Shown: positions 35,480 to 47,779, counted from the whole stretch's first letter. The stretch is DNA of 63,829 nt, filler included, from Octopus bimaculoides (GCF_001194135.2; 4 parts of 4 records of this genome joined end to end with filler, not necessarily neighbours in it); one strand, 5' to 3'. Notes: generated from the letters alone by a model not told the origin. A program made the numbers and translations.

Positions 35480-35868
35480 CTCTTTTACTTGTTTCAGTCA
35501 TTTGATTGTGGCCATGCTGGAGCACCGCCTTTTAGTCGAGCCAATCGACTCCATGACTTATTCTTTGTAAGCCTAGTACTTAATCTATCGGTCTCTTTTG
35601 CCGAACCGTTAATTTACGGGGACGTAAACACACCAGCATCGGTCATCAAGCGATGTTGGTTGTACAAACACAGACACACAAACATATACACACATACATA
35701 TATACGACAGGCTTCTTTCAGTTTCCGTCTACCAAATCCACTCACAAGGCTTTAGTTGGCCCGAGGCTATAGTAGAAGACACTTGCCCAAGGTGCCACGC
35801 GGTGGGACTGAACCCGGAACCATGTCGTTGGTAAGCAAGCTACTTACCACACAGCCACTCCTACGCCT
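35480..35868 (-). mobile_element. SINE family B, full length, young
   Basis: Reverse complement of the 21177-21545 type, ending ccacacagccactcctacgcc. Confidence 0.92.
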
Positions 35869-36607
35869 ATAAGTTACCTGTAAGTTATTGAGACAAAGTA
35901 TGCTTCTCGTTTTACTTGGCCTTCAAATTTAAATCATGATCATATATACAAAGGTACAAACGCGCGCCCGTGTACGCGCGCGCGCGCACATGCACACTTT
36001 GAAAATATGCTGTATATATGATGCAAGTTAAATGAATTGCAAGAAGTGATCAAATCTGATTTACCTCCCTTGAGAGGTTATATGAAGTTGCCTCCCTTTA
36101 ATTGATATAATTTTGTTTTTTGCTTTTTGCTCCATTCTGAAGTTACACGAATGCGTTAAATGTGAACTCAACACAAAAATCAAATGGAAATTTGATATGC
36201 TGAGAATCTATAGGTGCTCACAGTTTTTTTTTGTTTTTTATCTCTTTGCTAATTGTTCTACAATGGTCTTAGTGGAGGATAATAGTTGATAATATTGAGT
36301 GAACAAAAAAAGAGAAAAGTGTGTGTGTTTGTGCGTGTGTTTGTGTGCGTGTGTGTGTGTGTACATGCATACATATTTACATACTTACATGTACAATGAA
36401 ATATAAAGATGGCAAACGTGTAAGGACATTAGAACATAAAGTCATGTCTTATGCATTTACTCTCTCTCTCTCTCTCGCGCACACACAAACACTCTCTTTC
36501 TCTCACACGCACACTCTCTGACGCACACTCTGTCTCTCACACACTCTCTGTCACTCTTTCTCTCACTCACTCTCTATCTCTGTCTCTCTTTTACTCTTTC
36601 TCTCTTT

Positions 36608-36663
<56 letters not shown>

Positions 36664-36735
36664 NNNNNNNNNNNNNNNNNNNNNNNNNNNNNNNNNNNNN
36701 NNNNNNNNNNNNNNNNNNNNNNNTTGCGATCAATA

Positions 36736-37130
36736 GTGTCATGTGGCAACTTGCTGGGGCTGCCTACTGGACCCTAGCAGCGGGAAATTTAGACAGTGTC
36801 ACGTGACAACTTGCTGGGGCTGCCTGCTGGAGCTTAGCAGCAGGTATAAAAAGGGGAATTTGACAAGACAATCAGTCGGACGCTGACACTCGTTGACGTT
36901 GCATCGAAAAGGCCAGGGAATAGAAGAAAGAAGACACGCACCCAACACCAGAGCTGAAGACACCTCCGAAAGGGGGTACCCCGCCACATCAAAACGGTAG
37001 AGGAGTAGGGGCCGAAACCGGACGTGGTTCCTCCTGATGATGTCTTGAGCTAACTGGATCCTATAAAGGAGCTGTTGTGGTAGCAGACCACGAAACATGG
37101 TTGAAATTCCTCAGCTATGATCGGTTTACC
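36736..37130 (+). mobile_element. Terminal-repeat-like segment (Penelope pLTR or DIRS/Ngaro-like): ~60-bp tandem pair, TATA box, degenerate HHR-like cores
   Basis: agtgtca.gtg.caacttgctggggctgcct.ctgga...tagcagc x2; TATAAAAAGGGG; CTGAAGA...CGAAACCGG and CTGATGA...CGAAACATG. Confidence 0.35.
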
Positions 37131-37382
37131 TATCCCCATAAATTCTTTGCTCTGTGCTCTCAGCAGGCAGATATCGTGAGAGCGGCGTTAAAAATGCTTG
37201 GCTGTGTTGTTTCTGATTCTTCGTATTCTGAGCTCAAATCCTGTCGGACTCAACTTTGCATTTCATCCCTCGGGGGAAAATGAAAAAAAAAATCGTACTA
37301 GTCAACCGCTGGGATCGTTGGTACGGACCGCCTTCTCCCCGCAAAACTGCTATCCTTCTAATTAAATTAAATACAATAATTT

Positions 37383-37622
37383 TTAAAATGTCTTTATTGC
37401 CTACAGGGGGGATAGGCGTTGAGGGGACAAACAAGGACATACAAAGTGATTAGGTCGATTACATCGATCTCAGTGCGTAACTGGTACTTATTTAATCGAC
37501 CCTGAAAGGATGAAAACAAAGTCGACAGCGGCGGAATTTGAACTGAGAACGTAACGGCAGACGAAATGCCGCTAAGCGTTTCGCCCGGCGTGCTAACGTT
37601 TCTGCCAGCTCGCCGCCTTTAC
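37383..37622 (-). mobile_element. SINE family A, full length, with 13-bp TSD
   Basis: TSD AATACAATAATTT at 37370-37382 and 37623-37635. Confidence 0.88.
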
Positions 37623-38829
37623 AATACAATAATTTGTACGGAGGTTTGGTAAAATAGTCAGTGTTAAAACTTATTGAGGCTGATGGACGGTAGAATGAGT
37701 TAAGTGATGGCCTCGTCTGTGTGTCAACAAGAAATCATCAAAACTGGCAGAAGCTAGAATTAGTAAAGTAGCAGCTTTGTTATACACTATGGACACAGAT
37801 GAAAGGTAGAATGACTAGAGCTTTAGAACAAACAGTTTTCGTTATTTCAATTCTATATTTAAATCCATTGTTTAAATCCAGCAGGAATGAAATTTGTGTG
37901 AGATTAGACTGCTGTTTTTAACATGGTAAATGACGACTTACGGGATTTATCTTTAATTCACTGTGATTTCTGTTATTGTCGTTTATCCCTAAATCAACTT
38001 TGTTCGAACAAACTCATGATCGAACTGTCCCATCTTTTTATTGTATCTTTAGGTCTGCATTGCTCCATGTATACTTTCGTTCTTACGAAAGCCGGGTGTA
38101 ATAGGAACGCGATTTGGTTGCAGTTTCTTGCATGATGAAGAACAATATAGACTCAAGCTGAGGGCTCATCCCACGGCTGCGTGGGAAATTTCGCTACGTC
38201 GAATTTGAAACCCACCGACAAAGTACTCTAAAAATACAAGCGCATACACACTCGCATGCATGTGTGACGGTAGACCTTGCCGACATCTGATCTGCTAACC
38301 TTTCTATTTGCTTATAACAGAGATTTCGGCCTATCAATCTTGACATTTAAGGGTGAGATATAAAAGGTGCATTTGAAAGTTCTGCGCTTGAATTACACAA
38401 TATAAGCGGACATACAGAGGTCATTTCTTGCAGTTGTTGTCCTAGCTTTCTGCAAACACAACCACTAGGGATGAGATACTTTAACCCCAGGCCAGCTAAT
38501 CATCACTTCACGAAAGCGCCAAGCTACCTTTCTTCACATAATCTACTTCACGATCGCAAAAATTCCAGTTACTACTATGACTAATTTTGTCACACACAGG
38601 CAACAACCAATATGCTTGAATTAGTTGCGATAAAAATTATTAAGTTTTTTATAGGAGCGCTTCTCTTCCACTGAACCCAGCAATTAAAACAAATATTTTA
38701 ACCCTTATCACTAGAACTGTAAAGGAGTCGAAATTATGATAATATTTGGTCGACAACTGATGGGGGCTGAGCTTGTAAACAGTTGTTGTGTGCGTTCTGT
38801 TTTATTTCTTTTTTTTTTCCTGTAAATTA

Positions 38830-39035
38830 TAGTACCGTGCAAAAGTCTTCGGCCACTTTAAACTATTGTAAATTTCTAATTGTCAACTTAATTCGCTTTC
38901 TAATAAGCGAGAATTTGTCAGAAGGCCTTCAGGAAAGCGAAACGACCCACGTTACACGATGAAAAGAGTGAAGCTTCGGAGTAAGAGTCTGATGCTTAGG
39001 GGATACATAAAAAGTGATGGTTCAAGAACGTTCAT
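38830..39035 (+). mobile_element. Tc1-like terminal fragment
   Basis: TAGTACCGTGCAAAAGTCTTCGGCCAC TIR-like start; RYTMKRVKLRSKSLM resembles Tc1 RY..KTVK.GG.S.MVWG. Confidence 0.4.
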
Positions 39036-39039
39036 TATT

Positions 39040-39176
39040 TACATTATTTACATTTGACGGATATTTGTCCTCATCTTGTTTGTTGTTAACACAACGTTTC
39101 GGCTGATATACCCTCCAGCCTTGGTGTCTTGGGGGAAATTTCGAACATGGGTTCTCATTCCTAAGGTATTTTTCGA

Positions 39177-39180
<4 letters not shown>
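39040..39180 (-). mobile_element. HHR-containing tail of the tRNA-headed element (inverted copy of 40470-40538), catalytic core deleted
   Basis: Minus strand catcgaaaaataccttaggaatgagaacccatgttcgaaatttccccc.aagacacc[missing tgatg]aaggctggagggtatatcagccgaaacgttgtgtt. Confidence 0.8.
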
Positions 39181-39212
<32 letters not shown>

Positions 39213-39216
<4 letters not shown>

Positions 39217-39660
39217 TAGTTTTATTTTTATAACGTGCTTTCACTTCACTACCGAGCGCAGCTCTGTGCGCCTTGGGTATGTGCTGTGGTTTGCTGTGGT
39301 GCTCTTATGTTTACTGTATTGAAAGTGTTTTGCGTAGAATGTGTGCAGTACCCAGTAGTGCAATNNNNNNNNNNNNNNNNNNNNNNNNNNNNNNNNNNNN
39401 NNNNNNNNNNNNNNNNNNNNNNNNNNNNGATACATCAATTAGAAAGCATTTTTTTTCTTCATGATCTTTGACAACTATATCTGGTCTATTTGCCTTAATT
39501 TCTCTATCTGTGTGTATTGGCATATCCCAGAGTATGGTTGCTTTCTCGTTTTCTGTGACCTTTTCTGGCGTGTGTTTATACCATCTTTTTTCTGTTGTTA
39601 TTCCATAATGTTGGCATAGCTTCCAGTGTATATAGGTCCCAGCTCTGTCGTGTCTGTGAA
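39213..39660 (-). mobile_element. 5'-truncated Dong/R4 element flanked by (TAA)n on both sides
   Basis: IFTDTTELGPIYTGSYANIME (RHD..G.YIHW..C..Y region), PIHTDREIKANRPDIVVKDHEEKKCFLIDV (PD..D RLE), IALLGTAHILRKTLSIQ. Confidence 0.88.
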
Positions 39661-39668
39661 TATATTCC

Positions 39669-39760
<92 letters not shown>

Positions 39761-39763
39761 GTT

Positions 39764-40239
39764 ATTAGATAGAGAGATGAGTTCTTAACTTTTGTATACG
39801 ATTGCCAAATTCCATCACTAAGGTAAACATAGCTGACGTAATCCATCACTACGGCCAATTCAATGACAAAAAGCGCAACTCGAAAGTAACTTATTTATTG
39901 GTCCTTTAAACAACAATATTTCGACATCTCGTGTGTCTTCCACAAGTTCAAAATAAAATAAATGTCAGTCTAATTCATTTTTTAGTTTATATAAAGGATT
40001 GGTAACTCAGCGGAAAACTAAAAAATGAATTAGACTGATATTTATTTTATTTTGAACCTGTTGAAGACACACGAGATGCCGAAATATTGTTGTTCAAAGG
40101 ACCAATAAATAAGTTACTTTCGAGTTGTGCTTTTTGTCATTGAGTTGGCCGTGGTGATGGATTACGTCAGCTATGTTTACCTTAGTGATGGAATTTGGCA
40201 ATCGTATACAAAAGTTAAGAACTCACCTCTCTATCTAAT
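39764..40239. repeat. Long inverted repeat, ~225-bp arms (39764-39988 / 40015-40239), 26-nt spacer, each arm with an HHR-like motif and (TAA)n end
   Basis: Arms are near-identical reverse complements; ORFs 39598-39858(-) and 40127-40360(+) share AVVMDYVSYVYLSDGIWQSYTKVKNS. Confidence 0.95.
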
Positions 40240-40315
40240 AATAATAATGCTGAGTTACCAGTCCTATATAAACTATTATTATTATTATTATTATTATGAT
40301 TATTATTATTATTAC

Positions 40316-40538
40316 TATTCAGGTCACTGCCTGGAATCGAACTTGGAATCTTGTGGTTAGTAGCCCGCGCTCTTAACCACTACGCCATATGCCCGTGGTT
40401 AAGAGCGCGGGCTACTGACTGTAAGATTCCGAGTTCGATTCCAGGCCGTGACCTGAATAATGATAATAACAACATCGAAAAATACCTTAGGAATGAGAAC
40501 CCATGTTCGAAATTTCCCCAAGACACCTGATGAAGGCT
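40316..40538. mobile_element. Head-to-head palindromic tRNA-derived heads (65-bp arms 40316-40380 / 40395-40459) followed by (TAA)n and a hammerhead-bearing tail
   Basis: A-box TGGCGTAGTGG, B-box-like GAGTTCGATTC; tail GACAC-CTGATGA-AGGCT at 40522-40538. Confidence 0.85.
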
Positions 40539-40539
40539 T

Positions 40540-40830
40540 CAAGAGCTTTAGTCAAGCAGATTGACACCAGCACTTAGGATTTTTATCAAAGCGGTCTCTT
40601 TTGTGGAACCACTAAGTTATGGGACATAAACAAACCAACACCATTCGTAAAGCGATGAAGGTGTGACAAAGACTCACACACGCTCATTTCTATCTATCTA
40701 TCTATCTATCTATTCACTCGCAAAGCACTGGTCGGGCCGAGGTTATAATAAAAGACACTTGCCCAATGTGTCACGCAGTGAGACAGAACCCAAAACTACG
40801 TGGTTGTAAAGCAAACTTCTTAACCACACA
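40540..40830 (-). mobile_element. SINE family B, degenerate
   Basis: aagacacttgcccaatgtg.cacgcagtg.gacagaaccc...cttaaccacaca. Confidence 0.7.
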
Positions 40831-41623
40831 TCCATTCTGTAGTTGTGATGTTTTCTCGTTTTCACTTATTTAGCAACGGGTTAATCCTGATCAAGCAGAT
40901 CTATATGCAGAAAGCATTCCAGCTATCCTCTTTTTTTTCCTTCAGACACAGATGTTTTCTTTTATCGAAGGGAGATAAATCTGAGGGAAATTTGATTGTT
41001 ATTTCTAGCTGATCGACTTACCTCGTAGACGCTCTGATTCAGGGCCATCTTAAAGCATGCGCACTCTGGGCAGTTGCTTCGGGATTTCACAAATTTAGGA
41101 GCCCGTTTGGGAGTCCATACATCTAGATTGTGTATGTAAGGTCCCGTTATTGCTTTGTCCAAGGGCCTATAATACTGTTAAGACGGTCTTGCTTTGACTG
41201 CCTAAAATAATAGCCAAACTGCTTTCAAATTTTACTATAATAGTCTTTATAAAAAATAAAGGATGTATTGTATAATGTTGTTCTAGGTAACATGTTTCAG
41301 TTAGTTTTAACATACTTGATATAAGAAGCATTAAATATCTGACTAGAAATGTAGTTAGACAAACAGACTGACAGATGGACAGAAGGACGTACGAACGGAC
41401 AGACTGACAGATGGACAGAAGGACGTACGAACGGACAGACGGACGGACGGACAGTCAGACAGATAGGTAGATAGTTAAGTTAGTGTTAATATATTTAATG
41501 AAGAAACCATGGAAATATAATCAGCAATATGGTTGGACAGACAAACTGACAGATAAATTGATAGACAGACAAATAAATAGGTAAACAGATAGATAGATAG
41601 ATTACATACATACATACATACAT

Positions 41624-42003
41624 TTGTTGTTGTTGGCACTCCGTCGCTTACGACGTCGAGGGTTCCAGTTGATCTGATCAACGGAACAGCCTGCTCGTGA
41701 AATTAACGTGCAAGTGGCTGAGCACTCCACAGATACGTGTACCCTTAACGTAGTTCACGGGGATATTCAGTGTGACAAGGCTGACCCTTTGAATTACAGG
41801 CACAACAGAAACAGGAAGTAAGAGTGAGAGAAAGTTGTGGGGAAAGAGTACAGCAGGGTTCGCCACCATCCCCTGCCGGAGCCTCGTGGAGCTTTTGGTG
41901 TTTTCGTTCAATACACACTTACAACGCCCAGTCTGGGAATCGAAACCGCGATCCTATGACCGCGAGTCCGCTGCCCTAACCACTGGGCCATTGCGCCACC
42001 ACT
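41624..42003 (-). mobile_element. SINE family C, full length, inserted in (TACA)n
   Basis: tRNA-Arg-like head (ggactcgcgg), central CAAAGGGTCAGCCTTGTCAC...TACGTTAAGGGTACACG, (CAA)n tail. Confidence 0.92.
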
Positions 42004-42060
42004 CATACATACATACATACGTACGTACGTAGTACATACATACATACATACATACATACA

Positions 42061-42094
<34 letters not shown>

Positions 42095-43244
42095 CAAAAA
42101 TGCGTTCATAGACAATTTGGTGAGTGTTGAAGTTTTTCATGCAGAGAACATTAAAATCCTCAACAGGAGTGTGACAAGACAAGAAGGCAGGCAGGTACAT
42201 AAATACACAGGTATGTAGGTCAATATATGGGTAGTGCTAACATATTTAATGCAAGTTAAAAATAATAGTAATTATGCAATGAACTTAACAAAATTATTAA
42301 TTGACAAATATATTTTTATTTCAGTATGTACAAGCGATAATTCTAGACATGTTTTGGCATTATTCTGATCTCATCAACGAAACATAGACTGCACTATGAA
42401 TGACAACGATATGTGAGAAATGCCAATGATATTCCTTCTAAAATTTTGTGATCTTGTAGCGGAAGCTTCTCTCTCGGTTATATCCATTCTCCTTGGTTCG
42501 TACGGTCGTTCTTACAATCTCATCTGATCTATCAAATAATGCGTGAAAGGGTACCTGACTCTTCTAATACCTTGGCCTTGTGAGTTTTTGAGGTGTTCCA
42601 AGAGATTTTTAGCTGGAAAAACTAGCTTCCCTTGGTGTGATGTATAATTGAAAGTCTAAGCATGCTTTTATTTTGATCATTTAATGATTTCCTCTTCTTC
42701 TTTTTTCTTTGCCTATTACTGCAGTTTACTTCTACACTAATGTCCATGAATGCTTTTTATTATCAATGACAAGGATATTCCTGTATTCACATGGCAGTCT
42801 TCACAAACCGAGGTTCAGTATTTTTCTTTGAAGCAATCTAGATGCATTAATGATTCAACATGAACATCATTAATGTTTGTACGTCCACTTTTCCATACTT
42901 GCATGGGTTAGATGGAATGCATTGAGACAAATTTTCTGGATTCCATTGTTGTTGTCAACGCTCACCTGCTTTTGAAAAAAATTAATATTTCACCTTGATT
43001 TCATATTGTGTGTCTCTGCCAATAACAATAAAGTAACTGAGTGGTTGGGAGTCTTTAAAGGACAACATCTGGTATGGTCGAATACTCTGTACAATAGCAG
43101 TGGCCATCAAAGCCTACCATGCACTGAATAACAGCAATTTTGGGAAACATCCAAAAAACATCCAAAAAACATCCAAAACATCCCAAAGTCCTATAAAGGT
43201 AAAAAGTCTCTACTGGTAATTCATGAGAATCATTATTTATAAAT

Positions 43245-43460
43245 CTAAGGTAGCCGCTGGCAGAGTCATTAGCGTGGTGGGCAAAATACTTGGCATTTAA
43301 TCCACCTTTACGTTCTGGGTTCAAATTCCGCCAAGGTCAACTTTGCCTTTCATCCTTTGGAGGCTGATAAAATTAGTATCAGTCAAACATTGGGATTGAT
43401 CTAATTGACATACTCACTGCCTCTGAAATTGCTGGCCTTGTGCTAAAATTTGAAATCATT
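43245..43460 (+). mobile_element. SINE family A, degenerate
   Basis: ttacgttctgggttcaaattccgccaaggtcaactttgcctttcatcctttgg. Confidence 0.75.
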
Positions 43461-43519
43461 ATTTATAAATCTATGTTCTCACTGAGCTCTCCTTAAAAGT
43501 TTTATTATACTTATATATC

Positions 43520-46500
43520 TTGCTAATTAGAAAACCAAAAGTAGAGAGAAGAAAAATCTCAGGTTTCTTGCAGCTCATCTGCTATGAAATGCTACAAAAG
43601 TCTGCCAACCATTGTAATGAAAATGTTTTTGTGAAAAGATAGAAAAACATAAAATACTGCCGAAGAAACCAGATGAGATTTGTTTCGATGAAACAATTAA
43701 ATTGTTATCTAGAATTTTCAGTAAAAGAAGTTCCCTGTTCAATACTCGTTGGCAGTGTTTAAATGTAGTTAAAAAGAGTTTGAAGATTTCGTCACATATG
43801 CTGGGGTCGTTAACAGAGAGTGTGAAAAATTCAAATGAAATGCATTAACCCCAGATTTTGTTTAAATGTCTAATTTTTGTTCAAAGGTTAACTGCAAGAA
43901 AAGATTCTGATATACGTTCCCATATATTAACAAAATTAGAACAGGGCCAAAAAGTAACTCTACAGGCAGTGGCTGAAGAATGCCAGAGGATTATAAATTT
44001 AAGATATGATGCGGATAAGATTGAAAAAAAGATACATGCGTGTCAACCTGAAACGGATAAGAAAAAGAAAAAAAACAAATCTATTCTATGGTTGCGGAGC
44101 AAATCCATGCTATGGATGCGAAGGTTCACATTTTAGAAGTAATTGTCCTTTTAAAAATTGTAAATGTTTTGAGTGTGGAAAAATCGGACTTACAAGCTCA
44201 TGTTGTATAGCGAATCAAACAAAAAAGGGTCAAACAAAGAAATTCTAGAAAGAATGTATTGCTAACAAGGATTCTAAGCGAGGCTCAGAAAAGAAAATTT
44301 GTGTTCATAAAAATGAATAATGTGAATATTAAGTTACAATTGGATACAGGCAGTGANNNNNNNNNNNNNNNNNNNNNNNNNNNNNNNNNNNNNNNNNNNN
44401 NNNNNNNNNNNNNNNNNNNNNNNNNNNNNNNNNNNNNNNNNNNNNNNNNNNNNNNNNNNNNNNNNNNNNNNNNNNNNNNNNNNNNNNNNNNNNNNNNNNN
44501 NNNNNNNNNNNNNNNNNNNNNNNNNNNNNNNNNNNNNNNNNNNNNNNNNNNNNNNNNNNNNNNNNNNNNNNNNNNNNNNNNNNNNNNNNNNNNNNNNNNN
44601 NNNNNNNNNNNNNNNNNNNNNNNNNNNNNNNNNNNNNNNNNNNNNNNNNNNNNNNNNNNNNNNNNNNNNNNNNNNNNNNNNNNNNNNNNNNNNNNNNNNN
44701 NNNNNNNNNNNTTAAAAAAGAATAAAAAAAAAAATTCCTGATATTTTTTCTGATGATTTGGGTCTTTGCACCAAAATAGAGGCGAAGTTTCAAGTGAAAG
44801 AAAACGCCATACTGGTTTTTAAACAAAAAACGAACGGTGCCTTTCGCAGCATTGAAACAAATCAACGAAGAACTGGATAGACTTGAAAAGCTTGGCGCTA
44901 TTGAAAAAATTGATTATACAAAATGGAAATCCCCAACAGTTTATGTCAAGAAAAAAATAATAAAATCCGAGTATGCGCTGATTTTTCAACGGGATTAAAC
45001 GAATGTTTGATGTCATATAATTACCTGTTACCAAGTCCGGAAGAAATTTTCGCGAAGTTGAATGGAAGAAAATTTTTTTCAAAGTTGGACCTATCTGAAG
45101 CATATTTGCAGGTAAAAGTCGATGAAGAATGTCCAAAATTATTGACAATAAATACCTATAAAGGGTTGTATAAATTTAATCGACTCCTTTTTGGTATAAA
45201 GGTACACCTGACATTTTCCAACAAATTATAGACGTTATGCTCGCAGGTTTGGATTTCGTTGTAGCTTATCTTGACGACATACTCATGAAAAGTGAATCTC
45301 GGGTTCAGCATACTGAGCATGTTAAAAAGGTCTTTGAAAGAATAAAAGGTTATAGGTTTAAGCTCAACCAGGAAAAGCGTGAATTTTTTATGCCAAGAAT
45401 AAAATATCTAGGGCAGATTATTGATGACATTGGACGCAAACCAGACCTGTCTAGGGCGAGTGCAATAAAAATATGCCTCCCCCGACAAACATTAAAACGT
45501 TACAAGCATTTTTGGGGCTCGCAAATTACTACCAGGTATGCATACCGAATATGCACAATTTAAAAACACCTCTGAATAACTTGTTAAAAAAAGACGTTAA
45601 GTGGAACTGGCCAGACAAATGCCAAAAAGCTTTTGAAGAGATTAAAAACGTCTTAACGTTGGAATTGTCGTTATCATATTTTGACCCGAATTTAGAAATA
45701 GTAGTGGCAGCAGGTGATAGTGAAAGTGGTATCGGAGTTGTGATTTCACACAAATATGAAGATGGTAGATTGAAAGCAGTAGCTCATGCTTTGCGTTCAT
45801 TATTGTCGGCTGAGAAAAATTACAGTCAAATAGAAAAAGAGGCATTAGCCTTCATATTTGTGGTAAAAAAAAAATCCATAAATTTATACATGGAAGAAGG
45901 TTCCGTCTGCAGACAGACCACCGCCCATTATTGTCGATCTATGGATCAAAAAAGGGGTATCCCCACACATACAGCCAACAGACTGCAGCGCTGGGGAACG
46001 ATCCTACTGAACTACGACTTCAACATGGAGTATTTGCCATCGAAAAAATTGGGACATGTAGATGGTTTGTCAAGATTACTACCAAACTACTGTGAACCAC
46101 TAGAAGACACAGAGATAACGGTGTTAAAAGCCAAAAATGAAATAAAAAATATATTGTGCAATCTTGTGCGTGAATTGCCTGTGACATTAGAGGAAATAAA
46201 AATTAAGGCAGAGACGGACAAGTTTATCATAAAAATGAAAAAAATAGTGAGATCAGAAGAAACAAATAAAAAATATCTGTGACTGGACGTAACACGGTTT
46301 CGAATTTGTATTCGATATCTGATAATGTGCTTATGTATATATGCACAGAGGATCGTAATGCCTAGCTCACTACAAGGTCGAATATTAAAGGAATTCCATA
46401 TTGGACATCTAGGTATTTCTAGAATGAAGTCGTCTATGAGGAGTTATGTTTACTGGCCAAAAATGGATCTAGATATTGAGAAGTTGCTAAAATCCTGCAG

Positions 46501-47400
46501 AGGTTGTGCTCTTGCAGTGAAATCACCACCTATAAAATTTTAACCTTTGCTTAAGACCGATATTCCATGCTCCAGACTACACAGACTTCGCAGGACCGTT
46601 AAACCGATCATATTATCTAAGAGTGGTAAACAGCTTTACTAAATGGCTAGAAAGGTATAAATGTAGAAAACTGACATTCACGGTAACAGTAGAATTTCTA
46701 CACGAACTTTTTGCTAGGCATGGTGTCCTGGATACCATAGTCTCCGATGACGATACAGAATTCACGGTAAATGAATTTTAAAATTTTTGCAGGATGTACT
46801 CAATTGAACATATCACTACTCCTCCGTGTCATCCAAGGTTAAACGGGCAAGCGGAAAGGTTCGTGGATACATTTAAAAGAACACTAAAGAAATCAAGAAA
46901 CGAGCTAGTCGATGACGCAGCATTGACACAATTCTTGAGGATTTATAGGATAACACCAAACACCTGCGGAACTAATGTTTGCTCGAAAAATAGTCAATTT
47001 TTAACAAGCTGTTACCAGTAAGAAAAACAAATAGGGAAAATACTAAATATACGACAAAGCATTTTAATATCGGTGACAAGGTGTTTTTCAAAATATATAA
47101 AAATGGAAGGCAAGGTTGGGAAGACGGAGTAGTAACAAAATGAATAGGCAAAATGATATATATGATAAGAGGCGAAAATGGGAACACAAAAGGCATTTAA
47201 ACCAGCTAAAAAATAGATATACGGAAAAAAGAAAAGAGATACCCATGGAAGTATTCTATGGCACGTTTGATGTTCCAACGCCACAAGAAATTGAACCTAG
47301 GTGTAGCAGCACAAGAAAGAAGAAACAAACAGAACGGTTGGAAGTAGTACCTAAACGGGAAAAACATTAAACTCCCTTAGGAGGAAAATCTTAAAAGGGA
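43520..47400 (+). mobile_element. Degenerate Gypsy/Ty3 LTR retrotransposon internal region (gag-PR-RT-RH-INT)
   Basis: gag CCHC knuckles CYGCEGSHFRSNC / CFECGKIG; protease LQLDTGS; RT FSKLDLSEAYLQV, YLDDIL; RH EKNYSQIEKEALA; INT HIGHLG...YVYWP...CRGC, NGQAERFVDTFK; many frameshifts. Confidence 0.95.
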
Positions 47401-47467
47401 AATGTGATGAAAGAAAAATAAATAAATAATAATAATAATAATATTAACTTTCAACTTAGGTCAATCT

Positions 47468-47648
47468 CAAAGGGGGAGATGTTGAGGTGAGAGTCAATGA
47501 CACCCCTGGGGGATTGGAAGAATGGACTAGACGAACTCTAATAAAGAGTAGTGTATTGGTTGAGACGAGAGGTCGGTAGGAGTCGTTGAGAGGGCATTTT
47601 GCAGTCTCGTGGAGTACGTTGTGTGAATACATTGTTTTTACCCCCACA
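47468..47648 (+). mobile_element. Polypurine tract plus short LTR (TG...CA, 47480-47648)
   Basis: AAAGGGGGAGA|TGTTGAGG...AATAAA...CCCCACA. Confidence 0.55.
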
Positions 47649-47779
47649 TCGTTAAATTATATATCTGACGTTTGGCAAGGGTATAAAAGTAAGTAAGACT
47701 CAACCAAGAGTGATCTCAGGCTAAACAGCAACAACAACAACAATCTGGAAAGACATTGAGCTAAAGTTCTGACTATACA

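Noticed and set aside
41392-41460. 36-bp tandem duplication within (GACA/CGGA)n
   Set aside because: Ordinary microsatellite slippage.
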